From a virus (taxonomy: Duplodnaviria > Heunggongvirae > Uroviricota > Caudoviricetes): 64,000 bases of DNA. Shown in pieces: positions 30,701-41,300 of this stretch; position 1 is the stretch's first letter, and every line of letters starts with the position of its first letter. Below the pieces are notes generated by a model. That model saw only the letters and a program-made list of their open reading frames with translations. It searched no databases and was not told the DNA's origin. Where the stretch lies: the IMG/VR virus record IMGVR_UViG_3300001242_000012. One strand, given 5' to 3'. Made by a program: the position numbers and the translations under genes.

Positions 30701-33700
30701 GATGTAGTTAAGGTTAACATCCCATTGGTGGATGAAAGAAGGATTCTTACTGTTGGTAGGGTTATGAGAATTAACCAGATGGACTTCACACTTGATGGTA
30801 AGAACATTGGTGTTGAAACAAGCTTCGATAAGATTCTACAATCTCAGGTTGGTATATCTAAACGAGTTAAAGAAGCAATGTTGAAAGGAGACTATGCACA
30901 AGCACAGGCACTTGTCAACTGGGCTCAGAACAAAGTACTTAAAGACTTATCTGGTGCCAATTTCCTTGACTCCGATGAAGTAATGGATACTAGGAAGATA
31001 CGCAACCTAAGTCATGCTAGTATAAGACAGCGTAGTGAAGTAATCTACTTTGAAGGAATAAAAGAATTCCTAGCTGGGAAGGACATCTCAGGTTTGAACT
31101 TAACTGACTCTGTAAACCTGAATAGAACCATTGCAGAGAGATTAAGTGTAAAACTTGGTACTCCTATCGATGTTATAAATGACGTATTAAATCCTCACAC
31201 ACTCAAGGAAGCTCAGTTTACTGGTAAGAATGGAAGAATCAGTCGTAGTGTCAATGACATACGTCAGTTCATTCCATTTGGATACCATTCATCTGCAGCA
31301 ACAATGAGGATGACACAGGCAGAGAATATCCATCCATTCCACCCTAAATCAGCAGAAGCACTTAGAACGAAGTATAGTGAACTAGCTAACCCCCTACTCA
31401 TGACTGAAGCAGGGAAAGCTAGATATGGAGTCACAGGTAATAACTTAGCACCATGGGTTACTGTTAAGACAGCTTACATGGATGATAACCAAGTACAGAA
31501 GATGATTGCTGAGGCTGAGAGGACTGGAGCTCCTTTAACCGGATTAGTAGAATCGACGTATGACGCCAGAGCATTTATGCGTGGCGATATAGCTAATGAT
31601 CTTCTCAAGATGAAGATGGTTAACGAGTATGTAGTTAGTGACATTAATAAGGAGATACTAGCTTCGATAGAGAAGGGCGACCCTTATACTATCGCTCCCT
31701 CTGAAAAGCCATTCACCATTGGTCAATTGGTAGAGTCTAAGATAGTAGATGGCGAAGGTAATACTTTCGGCGTACTTCAGGGAGATGCAAGGTATAATAA
31801 GAAACAGCCTGGTGTAGTAAATGCTATAACGAAACTTGGAGAAAACAAATATAAAGTTTCAGTAGAAAGAACACTACCAGCAGCAAATGGTCTTAAACTT
31901 ATAACCTCTAGCGGTGATAAGATGACTTTGACTCTGGTTGAGAACGATAGATGGAACAGTTTGTTCGGAGCAGAGGCCGATAAGCTTCATCTTGTAATGG
32001 GCTCGCAAGCACTCAAGCACGGCGGACATGGAGACATCATAAGTAGCCAAGTAAGGGCTATGGTTAATGAAGTACAGAATCAGATTACTACAAAGAATCT
32101 AGTAAGAAACAAAGTAGAAGATGATGTAATCAAAGTTCTCAATAACTTCTTCGGCAATAGCGGGTTCAAGTTTGAAGACGTACCAGGAAGCAAGAATAAA
32201 ATGCTTGTGATGATCAATAATCCTAAGAACCAAGTAATAGATCACAAGCTATTCAAGACGCAAGTGCTTGATAAAGTAAGTGACATTATAGGAAGCAACT
32301 TAACGGACAAGTTATTAATTAATGTTGCTGGTGTTGGTAATATAATGACTGGTTATGAGAATGTAGGAGCACAACCTATTGAACCATGGTTCAAAGCAGT
32401 AGGTAGTGAGGGTGGTATATACAAGATAGGACCCAAGGAAATAGGCATGTTTCGACTTAATGGGTTAACTGCAACAGCTAAAGAATACGAGAAGATGGTT
32501 AGAGAACAAGCTGGAGTAGATCTATTAGATGGCGCAGTTGCAGACAAGCTTAGCGAAAATGGACGCATAGAAGCTGGGAAGAAGGAAGTAAAGTCACAGT
32601 TAAGAAAGTATGAAAGGTCAATTAATAGTCTAACTGGAATGATAGACAGTAGAGACACAGTAATACATTCTCAGACTCCTATAGGAGAAACTGGAGAAGG
32701 CAGAGTATCATTATCATCATTTAAAAGATTCCTACGTTCTGGAGATGTCAAGAGTGATATCGACTATACCGGTACGTGGTATGACGACATAGAGAAGATA
32801 GCTAATAACCAAGTACATTCTGGAGAACCTGGAGCTCTTACTCCAAAGAAGGCAGAGAAAATATTGTCCCGTGGTGGAGCGGTATTTGAGTTACCGTTCT
32901 ATGTAACTGCTGGTGATAATATAATCAATAAAGTCTTTCTACCTATAGGACAGCCTAGGAAACTAGGGGTTGCTCAAATGCCACAGGCTAATGAATTATT
33001 AGCAGCAAGTGGTAGAGTGATTAGAACGCTCCAAGACATAGCTACGCTTGACCTAACAGGGAAAGAAGCAAGCACAAGCCTACAAAAGGCAATGGATCAT
33101 TTCACCAACGTAAACATCAGAGGTGTCAGCGATTCTAAAGGTCTTGTTTATAACAGTATAGAATCTGCTAGACTCCAACATAGCGGACAATTCTTAGTTC
33201 AAACATTCTCTCCTGGACAAAAGAAAGCAGCAGCTACTGCTGAAATATCCCTTGGTAGATTAAGAGAAATGACTAAGGGTATGAAGAAAGGTGTTCCTGA
33301 GCTATTAGAAGAATTAGCACTCGGAGACACTAGAGAACTTCAGGAGAAGTATGGAGTTAAAGGTCTGCCTGGTATAGTAGGTCGTTATCCTACAGAAGGC
33401 TTAAGGTCTATAGAACCTACCTGGCTCAGAGTTAACGAGGCATTAGATAGGCTAGCTCCTCATGCAATTCAAGTAACTGTTGGTGATGCCGTAGCTTATG
33501 CAGCAGACAACGATGGTGATTTTATGTCCACTCTGCTTGCACACTTCAAAGGCAAAACCAGATGGCAGATTGAATCTCAACTACGGTCTGGCACAGGTGC
33601 AATAGGTGAAATAGCAGCGCATATAAGAGAGATAGAACCTAGAAGACAGTTCTATGATGAATTAGTATCTAAGCTATATGAAGCAGACAATAGAAAGAGT

Positions 33701-35086
33701 AGCAGTGCATCATACGGAGATTGGGTGAAGGCTTATACGGGTGAAAATATAGATCTACCAAAGGCAGAGCTACAAACCGTAGGAAGCGTCGCAAGAGCCG
33801 AATTAGAAGCAAGACTTGGCCGCTCATATATTGGTTACTCTTCGAACGTAGCTACTTCAATGCGTAAGATGGCAGAGATTGCTATGAGAATAAATCCTCA
33901 GTCGTTTGACTTGAAGAAAGCACAAGCTGTAACAGCCCTCGGTGAATTGGTAACACAGTCTTCTATCTCGTCTAAACACTTCTCGAAATCTGCACTTGAT
34001 GATCATCTAGCAAAAACAATTGATGAATGGGCTGGAATAGATTCTGCAGGACAAGAAGCAGAGAGGAATAAGCTACTTGATAAGAGAATAAGTTCTTCAT
34101 CCGAAATGGTCAATGCAATGATTCGTGGAGATAGAGAAACCTTCATTGAACATGCGAAGATAGTAGGAGCTATGGATGTAGACGCTACAGACATGGAAGA
34201 GTACCGCAGACAAGCCTATAGTGGAGGAATAAAGGGTAGTTCTAAATTTGCAGTTCGTCAGATCGCTACTGTGTATGAAGGGTTTGGCGCTGTCAATGAT
34301 CTAAAGACTGTTATGGGTGGAGATCTAGAAGGGGTAATACACAGCGCAACAAATAGAATGGGCGTAAGTTCAGGGATTAAAAATCTTAACACCCTGGTCG
34401 ATGTGTTAAATGGAAACCTTTCTGGAGAAGCACCAACCTCCTCAGTAACAAACGTATGGAGGATATTGCACGGTGAGCAGAAGGCTGAGGAACTAGAGAG
34501 AAAGGCATTTGAACGTGCTGAACAACGAACCAAGTGGGCATTAGATGAGAGGGCTTCATCTAATATGGTTCTAAATAGTGCCTATGCTGACCAGAGAACT
34601 AGGCCGGACATGGTTACTGTTGGCGAACAAACAATGCGAAATATATTCAGGGATGTTGAACATGTCGCTGGTGGCTCTAAATTAGCTGGTGCAGGATGGG
34701 GAGCTGGAGCATTTGCAGGACTAATGATGGTAGGTAATATGTTTGCAGACCCTCTACCTAAAGACATGATGCCTCAGCCGGACCAAGCTCCACCCATAGA
34801 TGGCGGTGGTTATATACCTACTCCTGATGCTTCTCCTGGAGGACCAGTAGCTAGGATAACACAGAGTGGAGAAGGTTACGAAAACCTACAGGTTATGATT
34901 AGAGCTAGGGATGCTAATGGCTTGTCTAATGAGCAGATCGGACAATTAGTACAAGGACAGATATCATCTGCAATGCCAGTTAATATGAATATGAATATTA
35001 CGTCTAATGATAACACTCAGAGGATAGATAATATGTGGGTGCAAAGCGTTGTAACTAATGCCTTGACCAAGGGCCAAGCATTCTAG
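27728..35086 (+). CDS. Single-chain two-barrel (beta + beta-prime fused) RNA polymerase with N-terminal DEDDh exonuclease; probably virion-packaged
   Basis: Ordered motifs IPFGYH, TAYMD..YD1279, GLK1390-x5-GDK1398, GGIYKIGPKE, R1815LQHSG, GR1886YP, AAD1927NDGD1931FM, LGELVTQSSISSKH2084; Exo motifs D130/E132, D313, H414/D419. Confidence 0.88.
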   Translation: MKFNDSELFSIPSVLEQKGIINSIGTPKVLMNFGGSGRNYYDPNSEPTKEQIIRSKNIPDFIGAPRNIGGVVERSKVSRALNAEINGVLSNPSTSVFNYINTRGATRAQRTITAWENMVKNVGMTHLSLDIENLGVSPLAKNQSMNLFAMTEVGLSSWQFNGLKSGSPMLDKMNTMTLAGFVDEKQKVELKNLIKQVESTGMAGLTDDHRRTLWWLMRYQDSEVFKTETIPGIGDVRLVNKDKLKSPSELPDRSTFTNLKAYTSQMRNGLKNLYGNGNSGSYLDGMIKAINHHVENIAKNGGNLMGYNFLEHDIPAMMEYFNQTRTALGPQSPISSSIETLMKNLHIINSTHRALDVNRLIDLAYHDPIGQIAPLIGDKKMREHYKTLSGGIRGKQGLTTLEVLSNAFNNRIEHFAGGDAEAVPMLLNSIGGNINSKIASARRIAAGASISLDWNAISGGVLAIDNKTIKSDSSLFSISGLSPYEKNKYDGIYKLDDTGKFIDAYSDNPDKPISSGNLYKNTEYRIHSFKQIEKGALEGFEHGGWALTLRNVDEGLYHTFVRPENISGTGFDSIRSIFSHLVPYNAEHITGVSGEETRTERMKDRALRAYYRIFDTDGGHVRAERYMRALDAIDKAGVNRASMDDLTKGQFKDLFNSEQQARNFYYMQDRLRAERGMINAVISSGTFQSLKGVQKDFALTALQDIMEGRVQIPDLRKATGGISPAKKVIKTTTNNRMLQLSDNIVLNLGSYKGIVSQLRQITKRPIDKIELPVLINKLGGKHILDRTEVTNFLRLSEIQKQGPRESNFVLKQIAAKLFDRTRIANDIVSGMKIDDIQAKNLANEFLSYKVAHVDANNGGIWEKLTPDQMRLVANHALDEGQRRGSSAWQKIDKAFVPNLAANQEFAKMLEAHNAIIHEQLSPLKRLGPLFGLNRKAEEPIKKLLSRYLTDANIDGTILSSPDNKGFIFALYDEKKAATVGKQTVEQIMNNSDVVKVNIPLVDERRILTVGRVMRINQMDFTLDGKNIGVETSFDKILQSQVGISKRVKEAMLKGDYAQAQALVNWAQNKVLKDLSGANFLDSDEVMDTRKIRNLSHASIRQRSEVIYFEGIKEFLAGKDISGLNLTDSVNLNRTIAERLSVKLGTPIDVINDVLNPHTLKEAQFTGKNGRISRSVNDIRQFIPFGYHSSAATMRMTQAENIHPFHPKSAEALRTKYSELANPLLMTEAGKARYGVTGNNLAPWVTVKTAYMDDNQVQKMIAEAERTGAPLTGLVESTYDARAFMRGDIANDLLKMKMVNEYVVSDINKEILASIEKGDPYTIAPSEKPFTIGQLVESKIVDGEGNTFGVLQGDARYNKKQPGVVNAITKLGENKYKVSVERTLPAANGLKLITSSGDKMTLTLVENDRWNSLFGAEADKLHLVMGSQALKHGGHGDIISSQVRAMVNEVQNQITTKNLVRNKVEDDVIKVLNNFFGNSGFKFEDVPGSKNKMLVMINNPKNQVIDHKLFKTQVLDKVSDIIGSNLTDKLLINVAGVGNIMTGYENVGAQPIEPWFKAVGSEGGIYKIGPKEIGMFRLNGLTATAKEYEKMVREQAGVDLLDGAVADKLSENGRIEAGKKEVKSQLRKYERSINSLTGMIDSRDTVIHSQTPIGETGEGRVSLSSFKRFLRSGDVKSDIDYTGTWYDDIEKIANNQVHSGEPGALTPKKAEKILSRGGAVFELPFYVTAGDNIINKVFLPIGQPRKLGVAQMPQANELLAASGRVIRTLQDIATLDLTGKEASTSLQKAMDHFTNVNIRGVSDSKGLVYNSIESARLQHSGQFLVQTFSPGQKKAAATAEISLGRLREMTKGMKKGVPELLEELALGDTRELQEKYGVKGLPGIVGRYPTEGLRSIEPTWLRVNEALDRLAPHAIQVTVGDAVAYAADNDGDFMSTLLAHFKGKTRWQIESQLRSGTGAIGEIAAHIREIEPRRQFYDELVSKLYEADNRKSSSASYGDWVKAYTGENIDLPKAELQTVGSVARAELEARLGRSYIGYSSNVATSMRKMAEIAMRINPQSFDLKKAQAVTALGELVTQSSISSKHFSKSALDDHLAKTIDEWAGIDSAGQEAERNKLLDKRISSSSEMVNAMIRGDRETFIEHAKIVGAMDVDATDMEEYRRQAYSGGIKGSSKFAVRQIATVYEGFGAVNDLKTVMGGDLEGVIHSATNRMGVSSGIKNLNTLVDVLNGNLSGEAPTSSVTNVWRILHGEQKAEELERKAFERAEQRTKWALDERASSNMVLNSAYADQRTRPDMVTVGEQTMRNIFRDVEHVAGGSKLAGAGWGAGAFAGLMMVGNMFADPLPKDMMPQPDQAPPIDGGGYIPTPDASPGGPVARITQSGEGYENLQVMIRARDANGLSNEQIGQLVQGQISSAMPVNMNMNITSNDNTQRIDNMWVQSVVTNALTKGQAF

Positions 35087-35098
35087 GAGGATACGTGA

Positions 35099-35383
35099 AT
35101 GATCATAAGATCTAGTGGAAAGTTAATAGGTGTATCCTATTCTGATTATGATAGGTGGGATATAGCTGCAAGGGTAGATGGGAAATATGTTCACACATAT
35201 TCTAATCCACAACCAGCAGATAGCAATACTATCGGTCCTAAATTATACAACTTAATGAGTACGCTAGGTCCATTCAAACCTATAGACAATACTCCTAAGA
35301 AACTATTTAGGGCCGATGTTTATGTTGAATATATTGATGAATCGATTATGTATATAGAGTTAGCTAATTGGGAGGGAAGATAA
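35099..35383 (+). CDS. Hypothetical protein, 94 aa
   Basis: RBS AGGAGG; TAATG-coupled to the next gene. Confidence 0.6.
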   Translation: MIIRSSGKLIGVSYSDYDRWDIAARVDGKYVHTYSNPQPADSNTIGPKLYNLMSTLGPFKPIDNTPKKLFRADVYVEYIDESIMYIELANWEGR

Positions 35384-38300
35384 TGGCTCTTTATTATGAG
35401 GATAAACCTACAATAGATACGCTACAGAATCACATAATGAGAGCTTCGGTAATTAGGGTTATTGACGGAGATACTATCGAAGCATGTGGCTTAGAACCAG
35501 AAGATACATCTTTTAATGTGCGCTTCATAGGAGTGAATTGTCCTGAAACATCTGGTAACCAGTATCAAGAGACTCATTCCAGCGCTTACTCAATAACTGA
35601 GGGCCTTAGTTTAGATGAGGCACGTGCTATTGGTGAAAAAGCTAAAGAGTTTACAAAAAGCATACTAGAAGAGGGTAGTATTGTAGTCTTAGATTTATCT
35701 GTATTAAGTAAGACTGATGGTGAAATAGTATTTGCTACAGACATTTATAATCGTAGACTTGCCGTAGTATACACAGATGAGTATAATTCTGTGAATGTGA
35801 ATAGAAGCTTGATCGAGAGTAATCTTGGCGATGTAATGAATATGAATAGCGGGCATGTCTCCGTATCATCATGGACTACTCATAAAAAGAGGAAACCTGA
35901 AGTAGTAGATCCCACCGTAACAAGCATAAATTATAGACCACAAGTCGGTTATAACTCTAATCTAAATCTCGTTGAACCTATGGAGAATGAGCGTATGCCG
36001 CGCGATAATAGACCTCCTGGCTATATGCTAATAGGAGATGTAGAATTAGCTATACCTCCACAGGCTATAACAGTAACAAGACAGTCTAAGATCAATAAAG
36101 TACCTGTATTACGCAGTAAGAGCAGTATCCAAACTAAGACAGGGTTCTCTGATATAGCAGTACAAGTTGAACTGTTCTTCCATAATAAAGACTATATTAA
36201 TGGTTATCCAGTTAAGGGTAACGATGGTTCAACATTCTACGTAAATGGCTTAAGACCTCTAGTATCTCAATTCAAGAAGAGCCCATTCGTTCCTATCCAA
36301 AATGATTACCTTGAAGAAGTACATGGGGTAGAATCTGTAACATTAGTCAATATGACTGCTCAAACTGTACCAGGATTCCCTGATTGTATAGTTGTTAATA
36401 TAACTATGTTAAAGTTTGACCATCAAGCATATATGCCTTATACGGACGACTTCTATGACTCCTTCTGTTGGCCACTATTCAGGTGGTATTGCCAAGGGCC
36501 AATGAATGAGCGATCTGCAGATAGAATATACCTTAAGCCATTAGACGGCAGTAGTACTGATTTAGTTTTTAGATTAGCTAATGAATCTAACTTGATGCAG
36601 ATTAAACAAGAGGTAGCTGAGCTACTAAAGTCTAAGAGCAAGCTTGATATGACATACCCAGATTCTAATACTCTTTGGAGTAAGATTAATAGTGATGGAG
36701 AAGGATGCGAAGAAGCATTTATGCAACAAGAAGCATACGAGAAGATAGCTGAGACTTGGCCAAGTGGAGTAATCAAAGATGTCTCAGTAGATGAATTGAC
36801 TGGAATACAAGATTCTAAGATGGAAGATATTAGATTCCAAGCTCCAGGAGTATATGTAAAACGTGATCCCATGTATTATACTAAACGCAGGTATCGTGTA
36901 AATATTACCGCATACCAAAATATTGAGTTACTGAAGGCTAACGGTTATGGCGAACCATCAAATGGTTGGTATGTGATTGATGTAGAAGACAAACATCTAT
37001 TAGATACAATTGCAGATAGATATGAAACTCAGCAAGATGATTTTGCTGAGAAATTAGATGACTTGAAACAACGACAACAAAGGATTGAGAACGCAGAAGA
37101 AAACATTTTAATGGATGAGTTACGAATAAAGGGTCTCGTTGTGGAATCCATCCATGTTGGTCTAGAAAATATAATTAGTTCAATGCAGATACAACAATGT
37201 GAAGCCTCTACTCATCAATATTTAGGCTCTCAGGATGCCTACATACAAATAAGCATGACTTCGGTAGGTAAGGAGCCAGTTAAGAACCTTGTTAAAATGA
37301 TCAGGGATGCTGAGAGATATACTAGGGATTACAAGTTCGGTATGGTGTGTGGATATCTTGGGATTAATAACCCAATAGTAAATTTATTCGGAGTTCGATA
37401 TACACTAGTAGAAAATGTAACAGTGAATACCGTACGTGGTTTCCCAGATAGATATGAAATAGTGCTTACTCTGATTGGCTTTGATAAAACTCAGCGTAGG
37501 TCTGAAAGACTGAAGTCATTAAACACTGGAGAAGGAGTCAATCTCAATAATGTAAAATCTTTCTACGGCATGGAAGAAGTTATAGTTGAAGAAAGACTTA
37601 AAAATATTGAAGTATATCCAGACTTAGAACTTCCTACATGGGACGAGCTTAAGACCTTTACTACTAAAGCGAATATAAACTATATCTTTCCTCAGGAGGC
37701 TGGTTGGTCAGCAGGTAAGTTTGTTGATCCTGATTTCTTCATATATACTCCGCATACACTCAGAAAAGACTTGCGTGATATGATAAACAAGGAAGAACAG
37801 GAGAAGGATGAGAAGAAAGCTGGTATGGATATAAAATGTAGGATAGGAACAGCATCTCTCAGAGTACCTACAAGTCTTACTCTTAATGAGAATGAAACAT
37901 ATCAACCATTATATAAAGTGAGTGATGAACTAAAGAAGTACTCAGAGGCTAAGATTAAAGAAGACCTAGAGCTTAATAAGAAATATGGGAAGGCAAAGCA
38001 AGAGCAATATAAGAATGATATATCTAATATTGATGCCGATGAAAAGCCTCCAGTTAAGATAAATGGGGATTCAAGTGAAAGTGCGATTAATGTTGATATT
38101 ATGCAATACAGGGCTGTTAGCGAACCGAATGTAAGTAATAAATCAATGATAAATTATTCACCAACTGAAAATGAAATAAATAGATGGTTTAAAGGACACG
38201 AGGAAGAAGGAGAGTACTTTGCTAGTCATATTGGTGTTAATCCAGACGAGGAAGCTGTTGCTAGAGCAATTGAATCAGAAGTAGATCATTTGCTAACAGG

Positions 38301-41300
38301 TACTGATATGCTTAAAGAGCCAGCTGTATTATGGATGAAAGCTATCATAACACAAGAAAGTAGATCTTGGTTACAATTTATAAATAAAAAGCCATATTGG
38401 AACGAAGAGGGTTCATCTGCTGTAGGACTTGGACAATATATGCTAGATCAACATGGTTTAACCTTGGAAACTGCTAGAAGAATAGCATGGGATTGGAAAT
38501 ATAATATTCACGTATGTACTAAATATTATATAGAAAAGATAATAGCAGTAACTAAATTAAAGAATCCTAAGTATTCTGAAGATATATATGGTTGGGCTGT
38601 AGTTGCTTACAACAAAGGAAATGTAGATGATTTGACCGCTCCAAGTTCATGGGATTATTACACAAAGGTTAAGAAATGGTATGAGAAGTTTAAATCGGCT
38701 GGTTCTAGTTCTACTAGATCTGAAATGCTTGGTACGAAATATACTCCTCCTACAACTGGAGTCCATGCAGATTATCCATCTGAAGTTGAAGATCAAACAG
38801 AAGGAAAGATGTCTGCAGCTAATTCACCAACTAAAATTAATTTTAGTCCACATGAACCGCAGATTGATAACAATAAGATAGTTAGAGATTCATTTACTGA
38901 CATGCTAGAAACTGATCACAGAGGAAGACTACTCAGAGCGTTCCCATCATTCCAAATGCTACTCATAGATGAAGGTCGTTGGGTTAGTTGGATTAAACTG
39001 TGGGATAACTTCTACGGATTTAACTCTATTCAATCTATAGACATAATCAAGTCTAGGAAGATAGCCGCTGATACTTGTGTCATTAGGATGACTAATGTAT
39101 ATGATAACTTGACTAGATATGATATGAATCTTGAATATCCTAAGTACGATCAGAAGTATGAATGGAATGAGCTATTCTTTGGTCAATTCAATCATCAATC
39201 ATTGATTGACGCCAGGAAGGAATATGTGTCTGCGTTATACCTACAAACAGGAGCTAGGATACATTTAAGAATGGGATATGGATCTAATGCTCAAGCTCTA
39301 CCTATAATGTTTAATGGCTCTATAACAGAACTTGATTCTGGTGGAGATATTATTGAAATAGTAGCTCAAGGTGACGGTCTTGAGTTATGCAACCAGATTG
39401 GTGGAGAACCAGACAAACTGAATGACGGCTCTCATATGAACAGTGAGGCTAGAAGTACTCTATGTTATCTTATGGCAAGACACAACAATCCGGTATGGAA
39501 TTGGATAGAACAGGTGATAAACCAGAAAGAACCTGATAAGCAATGGTTATGGAATTTATTTGATAGGCCAGAAAACCCACTTGGCATAACTCACTTTGGT
39601 AATCCCCGTGATTTTCCATTTCCAGAAGGTAAATTAGATTCGCTATTGCCATGGAAAAGGGATGAAAAACTAGGTGAGATAGCTGCTAATATATATACTT
39701 CAACTGGTACTGGTGTCCATAGTCAATGGATCTGGGACCCTTATTCGTTGGTAGCACAGGATAGTTTAACTGAAGATGCAAAGAATGATTTATACCAGGG
39801 ATGGTATCTTCATTGGGGAGTACCATTCCCTAAAGGTGATGAGGATAATATAGTAGTACCTTTATTCGGTAAAACTGTATGGGACGTAGCACAAACATTA
39901 GCGGTAGCATTCCCTGACTATATAGCCACCGTGGTACCGATGGAGTTTAGAAGTACGCTATTCTATGGTAGACCACACTGGCCAATATGTGATAGATATG
40001 CTTGGAACTACAAATGGGACCCGGTCAATAAGAAATATGATCGAACAGCTACTGAGATGATTAGTAAACCACTCTGCCAAATACATACATACTTTAGTTG
40101 GTGTGATATTATAGCTAATAATATTAAAGCTTCAGAAGAAGGAGTCTACACTAACGTTATAGCCTCGTATAAGACAAAGAGTGGAGTGCCTAAATCATCT
40201 ATGGTCGTACATGCAGACGAGGATATATACCCAGAAAAGCAGAAAACAGCCGTAATTAATGTAGACTTCCTTGAACATTCTTATTTCAATTTTGGGGATA
40301 CAAATGCTAAGAGATTTGCCAATACAGCTGCAGCACAAACACTACGTGACTTCGTTAAGGACATGTATAAGGGAGAGCTTACTGTAATTGGAGACCCATC
40401 CATAAAGCCGCATGATATGTGTTATATTGCTGATGAAGTAAATGAAATGCATGGCATGTGTGGCGTGAAGCAAGTCGTTCACCATCTAAGTCACGATACA
40501 GGATTTGTTACTAATATATGTCCAGATGCTATCGTAATAGTAGATGATAAGATGTTCTTAAATTATGTTAACTGGGCATCTACAATCGTAGCTGGTAGTA
40601 CAGCTAATATTGCTGGACACTGGGCAGCAATAGGAGCTTGGAGGAAACTAACTGGTAGTTCACTTGGTGCATTTGCTAGAAGAACAACTAGTAGCTTCGG
40701 TGAGTTAGGACTTGAAATGCTTGTGAAAGCTACAGGGAATAATTGGGTTCTTAATGATATTATGGCTGAGGGAGCAGATATATATAAGATGGAGAAGAAT
40801 TGGTCTAAAGTATATGAGTACTTTAAGAATGTTAAAATAAATAGATCATTAAGAAGTGCTGCTTATAGCGGCAAGTATGGAAATGTAGTTGAAGGCTATG
40901 ATAAGATGAAAACATTCTTACAAACAGCAAAGACGGGTAGGGCTTTAGCTTTTTCTGGAAGATCCATAGCAATGGTGGCTAGGCTGGCATTGTCACCATT
41001 TGGCATCGCTACAATAGCTGAAGTTGGATTGACGATTCTTGCTGATAGCATATTCGAAGCCTATAAAAGACAGAAGAGGAATAGACAAGCCATTATTGTT
41101 GTACCACTCAGATCGCATGGCAAGAATCTTGTTGCAGGACTTAATGGCCATCAAGGGTGTGTAATTGGAGATAAGCCAAGCAAAATGGATTTATTCTGGG
41201 AAGGCAAAGGTAAGGGTGCTGGTTCTGGAATACCACGGTTGTTTAATGAACTAACCGGAGATGACTACAAGTTTTCTCACAATACTGAAGATCATATGTA

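Noticed and set aside
27728-35086. Annotating this ORF as a second tape measure protein
   Set aside because: About eight ordered RNAP motifs plus the DEDDh motifs are too many for chance; only the C-terminal tip is tape-measure-like
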